DNA of 64,000 nucleotides, taken from assembly GCA_964247055.1 (NCBI GenBank), contig OZ176058.1:1798001-1862000 (forward strand), in the 5' to 3' direction. Position numbers and translations under genes: made by a program. The stretch is from Paragordius varius (taxonomy: Eukaryota; Animalia; Nematomorpha). Positions 60,701 to 64,000 of this stretch are shown piece after piece. Within the stretch, counting starts at the first letter, position 1. The number at the start of each line of letters is the position of its first letter. The notes under the pieces are model-generated. The model ran no database searches. It was not told the DNA's origin and saw only the letters and a list, made by a program, of their open reading frames with translations.

Positions 60701-63399
60701 TGAATCGAAGTGTTAAGCTTAAAAAATGTAGTATATTACAAACATCTCTTGTTTCCTAAAATTTATACATTTAAAAACATTATCTTAAAATTTTTTCACA
60801 AAAAAATTAAAATTTTTAAAGAAAATTATATAAATCTCTTGATTCCTAATTTTTTATAAATAAAATTATTATTTAAACCTTTAGAAAAACAATTGTATGC
60901 GCATAAAAATATTGGGGGATTGTTATTACTGTGTATCTGGTTTACCCATTTCACGACCAAACCATGCCATAAATTGTGTCCGCATGGGATTAGCTATGAT
61001 AAGCATTATTCAGCGAGTACGCAAAAGTACTGGAATCGATGTAGATATGAGGATTGGTAAATTTTCATATGTAGAAAAAATGTATACCATTTACAGTTCA
61101 AATTCACCCTTAAACAATTCAAATTCACCCTTGAACAATTCAAATTCACCCTCAAATAAATAACATGTTTTTTTAAGATTAAAAATTACCTATATTTTAA
61201 TACATTTTTAAAAAATAAAATTTTGTTTTAAATTAAAATAATACTGAAAAAAATAATTAATCATGCTATAAAGATATATTTTATATTAATAATGAGTTAT
61301 ATTAGTTCGGAAACACATAATTTATTTTTAGGGTGAATTTGAATTGTACGAGGGTGAATTGGAATTGTTCAAGGGTGAATTTGAATTGTTCGAGGGTGGA
61401 TTTGAATTGTTCAAGGGTGAATTTGAACTTAAATGGTATATGAGGACAGGGGTCTGATTGAATTTCAAAAAGTTTTTTGCAGTTTTTTAAAATTCAATTG
61501 CTTTTGTCATGACTTAAATTCTAGAGAATCTTATATCTGACCTAAATTACTTTAAATTAATTATACCCAATTTAATTATTAGCTTTTTTCACTTTGTACT
61601 TTTGTTCATACTGATTAATGTTTAAATGTATTAACCATTAAAATTCATTAACATGCCAAAATGGTGTTTTTAACATAGCGTAACGTATGCTAAAATTGTC
61701 CATAATTGAATAATTAATAATGATAAAACATAGAACAAAAGTAATTATTTCAAATGTTGTTTGTTACCATATATGGGTTTATTAATAATCATTCAATTTT
61801 AACTGTATATATTTACACAAATAAATATATAATAATAAATTATTTTTCGTTTTGGAAGCTTTGTCAGGTTTGATATTTTATTTTTATTTAATACTATTTA
61901 TTCTGTTCTTTTACTGCAATTTTTTTAACCTCGCATATAATGCACTGCTTATTTTAACAAAAAAACTGTTTTCTATATCCCTTTTTATGTCCAAAAACTT
62001 TATTCATGGTTATATTATTAAACTTTTACTAAATAAGTTTTTTTTCAGATATTACAATTTTTATGGATGTTTAGGCAACTGATATATTACTTAACGTCGT
62101 TTGAACTGTATATGAAAAAAACCTAATATTATGTTTAAGTGATAAAAAGACACGTTATATCAGTATGTAATTTTAATTTTATAGAAAAAAATTATTAATT
62201 TTTATAGTTAAGCAATTTTTTAATTGTAATTATATTAAGTATAATTTAAACGGCTAACAGATATTAATATTCCTGATAATTATGATTGTGCATAAGCAGC
62301 GATCCCGAATTTGAATTGTCAAAAAGCCAACCTTATTTAGCAAACATATGTAGCGAAAAAAATTATTAATTTTTTAATGGAAATCAGTATCATAAATGAA
62401 AAATTTTTTGAGTAAAAATTGATGTAATTTATTTTTTATTATTAACTATACGGTTTGATCAGCACGCCTGGCCAAATTGTTTCCTTTAACATGCTTGTCA
62501 TATTTCATATTTTCTATTCATATTAAAATATTTAGGATTTAATTTTCGTGTAATTTCCTGAAGAATACTATCAAAGAATCCTAAATATGAAAATCTATTA
62601 TGCCATCTCTTTTTTTGTAAATACATTAAAAATATTAATTATAAGGACAAATCATTAAAAGAGAAGGTAAATTTAAAAAATAATATTTAATAAAACCTTG
62701 ATTTTTTAAAAAACTTATCGTTTTGAACAAGATATCAAGTTGTAAATGGTAATCAATTTTATATTTTACAATATTGTAATATTATATAATTTAAACCTCA
62801 ATTTCACCCTCAAACATTTTACAACTGGCGAACACTCATATTCACCCTAAGAATAAAATGAATGTCGCGAGGAAATGTTTCAATATGACATAATTTATCA
62901 TTTTTACTAAACAAAATATTATATTTAAATATATCAAAATCGATAATTATTGATATTTGTTACGGGAAAAATATTTAAGGTTGAATTTTAAATGTTCAAG
63001 ATGGTTAATATAATTTTTAGGGGTATGATTTAAACATGAACAAATGTAATTTTTTCCTATTACAGTCATGTATCCTTTATTTTATCAAAAATTTATTTTT
63101 TTTTGTTAAATGGGTATTATAAAGAATGGAAAAACAAGAGTTCTATGGTAATTCTTATACTTTTTTGATTATGATATTGTTAATACCATAGAGCCCTTGT
63201 CTATTCTTTACCAATTGATAAAATAAAAGATACATGACTGTATTTGAAAACTTATTAATCACTTCTGTAATATATTTTTTCTAGGTGTCCACTCTGGTAA
63301 CGTACTCTGTGGGATAATTGGTTTACTTAAATGGCAATACGATGTTTGGAGCGATGATGTCACTTTGGCAAATCTTATGGAATCTACTGGAAAGCCTGG
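51575..63399 (+). CDS. ADCY2: Transmembrane adenylate cyclase, AC2/4/7 (group II)-like; 8 exons in window, 3' part beyond the window
   Basis: Spliced translation gives six hydrophobic segments, then [11 protein letters not shown]...[25 protein letters not shown]...LNELFASFD...[32 protein letters not shown]...[36 protein letters not shown]. The LYxDIV, GLPIS and KWQYDVWS features match AC2-type C1a; both metal-binding Asp are intact. Confidence 0.93.
51839..52121. mobile_element. MITE-B copy in first adenylate cyclase intron
   Basis: CAGTAAAAACTGAAATTATGCGG…TTTTTACTG|TA, preceded by a partial left arm. Confidence 0.8.
53405..53689. mobile_element. MITE-B complete copy
   Basis: TA|CAGTAAAATTG…TTTTACTG|TA. 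Confidence 0.85.
53781..54329 (+). mobile_element. MITE-D, piggyBac-like
   Basis: TTAA|CACTTGGATACAAC…TTGAATCGAAGTG|TTAA. Confidence 0.9.
54984..55119 (+). CDS. ADCY2: Adenylate cyclase exon (TM2, start of TM3)
   Basis: ttttag|CCGTCC...ATATCAA|gtattt; [20 protein letters not shown]. Confidence 0.8.
55852..56344. mobile_element. MITE-B carrying a nested MITE-C
   Basis: TA|CAGTAAAAA…TTTTTACTG|TA with MITE-C at 55897-56124. Confidence 0.85.
55897..56124. mobile_element. MITE-C nested in MITE-B
   Basis: TA|CAGTCATG…CATGACTG|TA. Confidence 0.9.
56628..57439 (+). CDS. ADCY2: Adenylate cyclase exon (TM3-TM5 plus large extracellular loop)
   Basis: long pyrimidine tract tatttag|CTTGG...CGTGAG|gtttta inside ORF 56588-57523; [14 protein letters not shown] matches the AC TM4 YxxLP motif. 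Confidence 0.85.
57824..57973 (+). CDS. ADCY2: Adenylate cyclase exon (TM6 and helical coiled-coil)
   Basis: tcttag|GTTTTT...CAACAA|gttata; LFAANLIG...[11 protein letters not shown]. Confidence 0.9.
58740..58897 (+). CDS. ADCY2: Adenylate cyclase exon (DKLLLSVIP...HKNVS)
   Basis: cttaag|GATAAA...GTTAG|gtaata. Confidence 0.9.
59288..59399 (+). CDS. ADCY2: Adenylate cyclase C1a exon ([10 protein letters not shown]...[13 protein letters not shown])
   Basis: catttag|TATTTT...GCTCAG|gtattt. Confidence 0.95.
60153..60712 (+). mobile_element. MITE-D, piggyBac-like
   Basis: TTAA|TACTTGGATACAAC…TTGAATCGAAGTG|TTAA. Confidence 0.85.
60885..61056 (+). CDS. ADCY2: Adenylate cyclase C1a exon ([16 protein letters not shown]...DMRI)
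   Basis: ctttag|AAAAAC...AGGATTG|gtaaat; contains ORF 60897. Confidence 0.97.
61087..61436. mobile_element. MITE-A complete copy in adenylate cyclase intron
   Basis: TATA|CCATTTACAG…AAATGG|TATA. Confidence 0.9.
63063..63240. mobile_element. MITE-C copy
   Basis: TA|CAGTCATG…CATGACTG|TA. Confidence 0.9.
63285..63399 (+). CDS. ADCY2: Adenylate cyclase C1a exon ([10 protein letters not shown]...ESTGKPG)
   Basis: ttctag|GTGTCC...AAGCCTGG|gtatta. Confidence 0.97.
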
Positions 63400-64000
63400 G
63401 TATTAATTCAATATTTTTAATACAGAAACAATTAAAATCAAAAATTGACAAAATGTAAAATATGCTAATAGCGCTTCTACAACTGTATTCAAACCTTAAA
63501 TTTATTTAATATAACCTTTATATACATTAAAAATTTAAATTATACAGATAAAATGTAAGAAGATATATCTTTCTTCTAAAAGACTACCATACTTTTCTTA
63601 AATCAACATTTATAATATAACGTATCATTTTTGATCGGAAAATAAAAACTTGAGATTTTTATTTATACATTTCACACTTTATAATTAGGTTGATTATATC
63701 GTTTGAAAAAGTATGGTTAATTTTTGAATTTAAAATTTTGTTGTAAAATTTTGTTATTGTTTTACAAGGTTAAAATTAAACATTGTAATACATAACATTT
63801 TTATTAAAAATTTAGATATCTCAAGAGTATGTCATATAAATTTATTTATATTAACAACCAATATGATAGTTTGTATAAAAACAGTAATTTATATCAATAA
63901 ACATTAATTTTATTATCATTTTAATCTGTTTGTGAAATTTAGTTTTAAAATAAATTTAAACTCCTCAAACTAGGCCATCTTTATTTTATCTTTCTTTTTT

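Noticed and set aside
596-62082. Short F/I/K/L/Y-rich ORFs (596, 9671, 15329, 35849, 39409, 45109, 45914, 53668, 55868, 61852)
   Set aside because: Composition reflects AT-rich intron or MITE-B/C sequence, not protein.
1-64000. tRNA, rRNA or other structured ncRNA genes
   Set aside because: No cloverleaf, A/B boxes or rRNA-like conserved segments recognised by eye; not excluded without a covariance-model search.

Overview
Very AT-rich animal (metazoan) genomic DNA containing two intron-rich + strand genes, both cut by the window edges. (1) A RanBP9/10 (RanBPM, CTLH/GID complex scaffold) gene: 16 hand-spliced coding exons from 2813 to the stop at 38088, about 890 codons in frame, covering the SPRY C-terminus, LisH, CTLH and CRA, with a long Asn/Cys-rich insertion. 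The upstream SPRY exons lie before position 1. (2) A transmembrane adenylate cyclase of the AC2/4/7 (group II) type: 8 exons from 51575 to 63399, covering TM1-6 and C1a and continuing past the window, with an unusually large predicted extracellular loop carrying a furin-like site. The most striking unexplained structure is that many RanBP9/10 introns are built from tandem copies of the edge of the adjacent exon together with its splice site ('exon-edge echoes', about 3-18 copies per array, about 180-340 bp units). The remaining non-coding DNA is packed with DNA-transposon derivatives: a foldback-like MITE with 21-bp subterminal arrays, three TA-TSD Tc1/mariner-type MITEs, a TTAA piggyBac-like MITE, a hAT MITE with an 8-bp TSD, and an internally deleted Chapaev-like (CMC) element with a transposase fragment. 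A 1.65-kb satellite apparently derives from the MITE 21-mer. All gene models and alignments were made by eye; no searches were run, and the organism is not identified.
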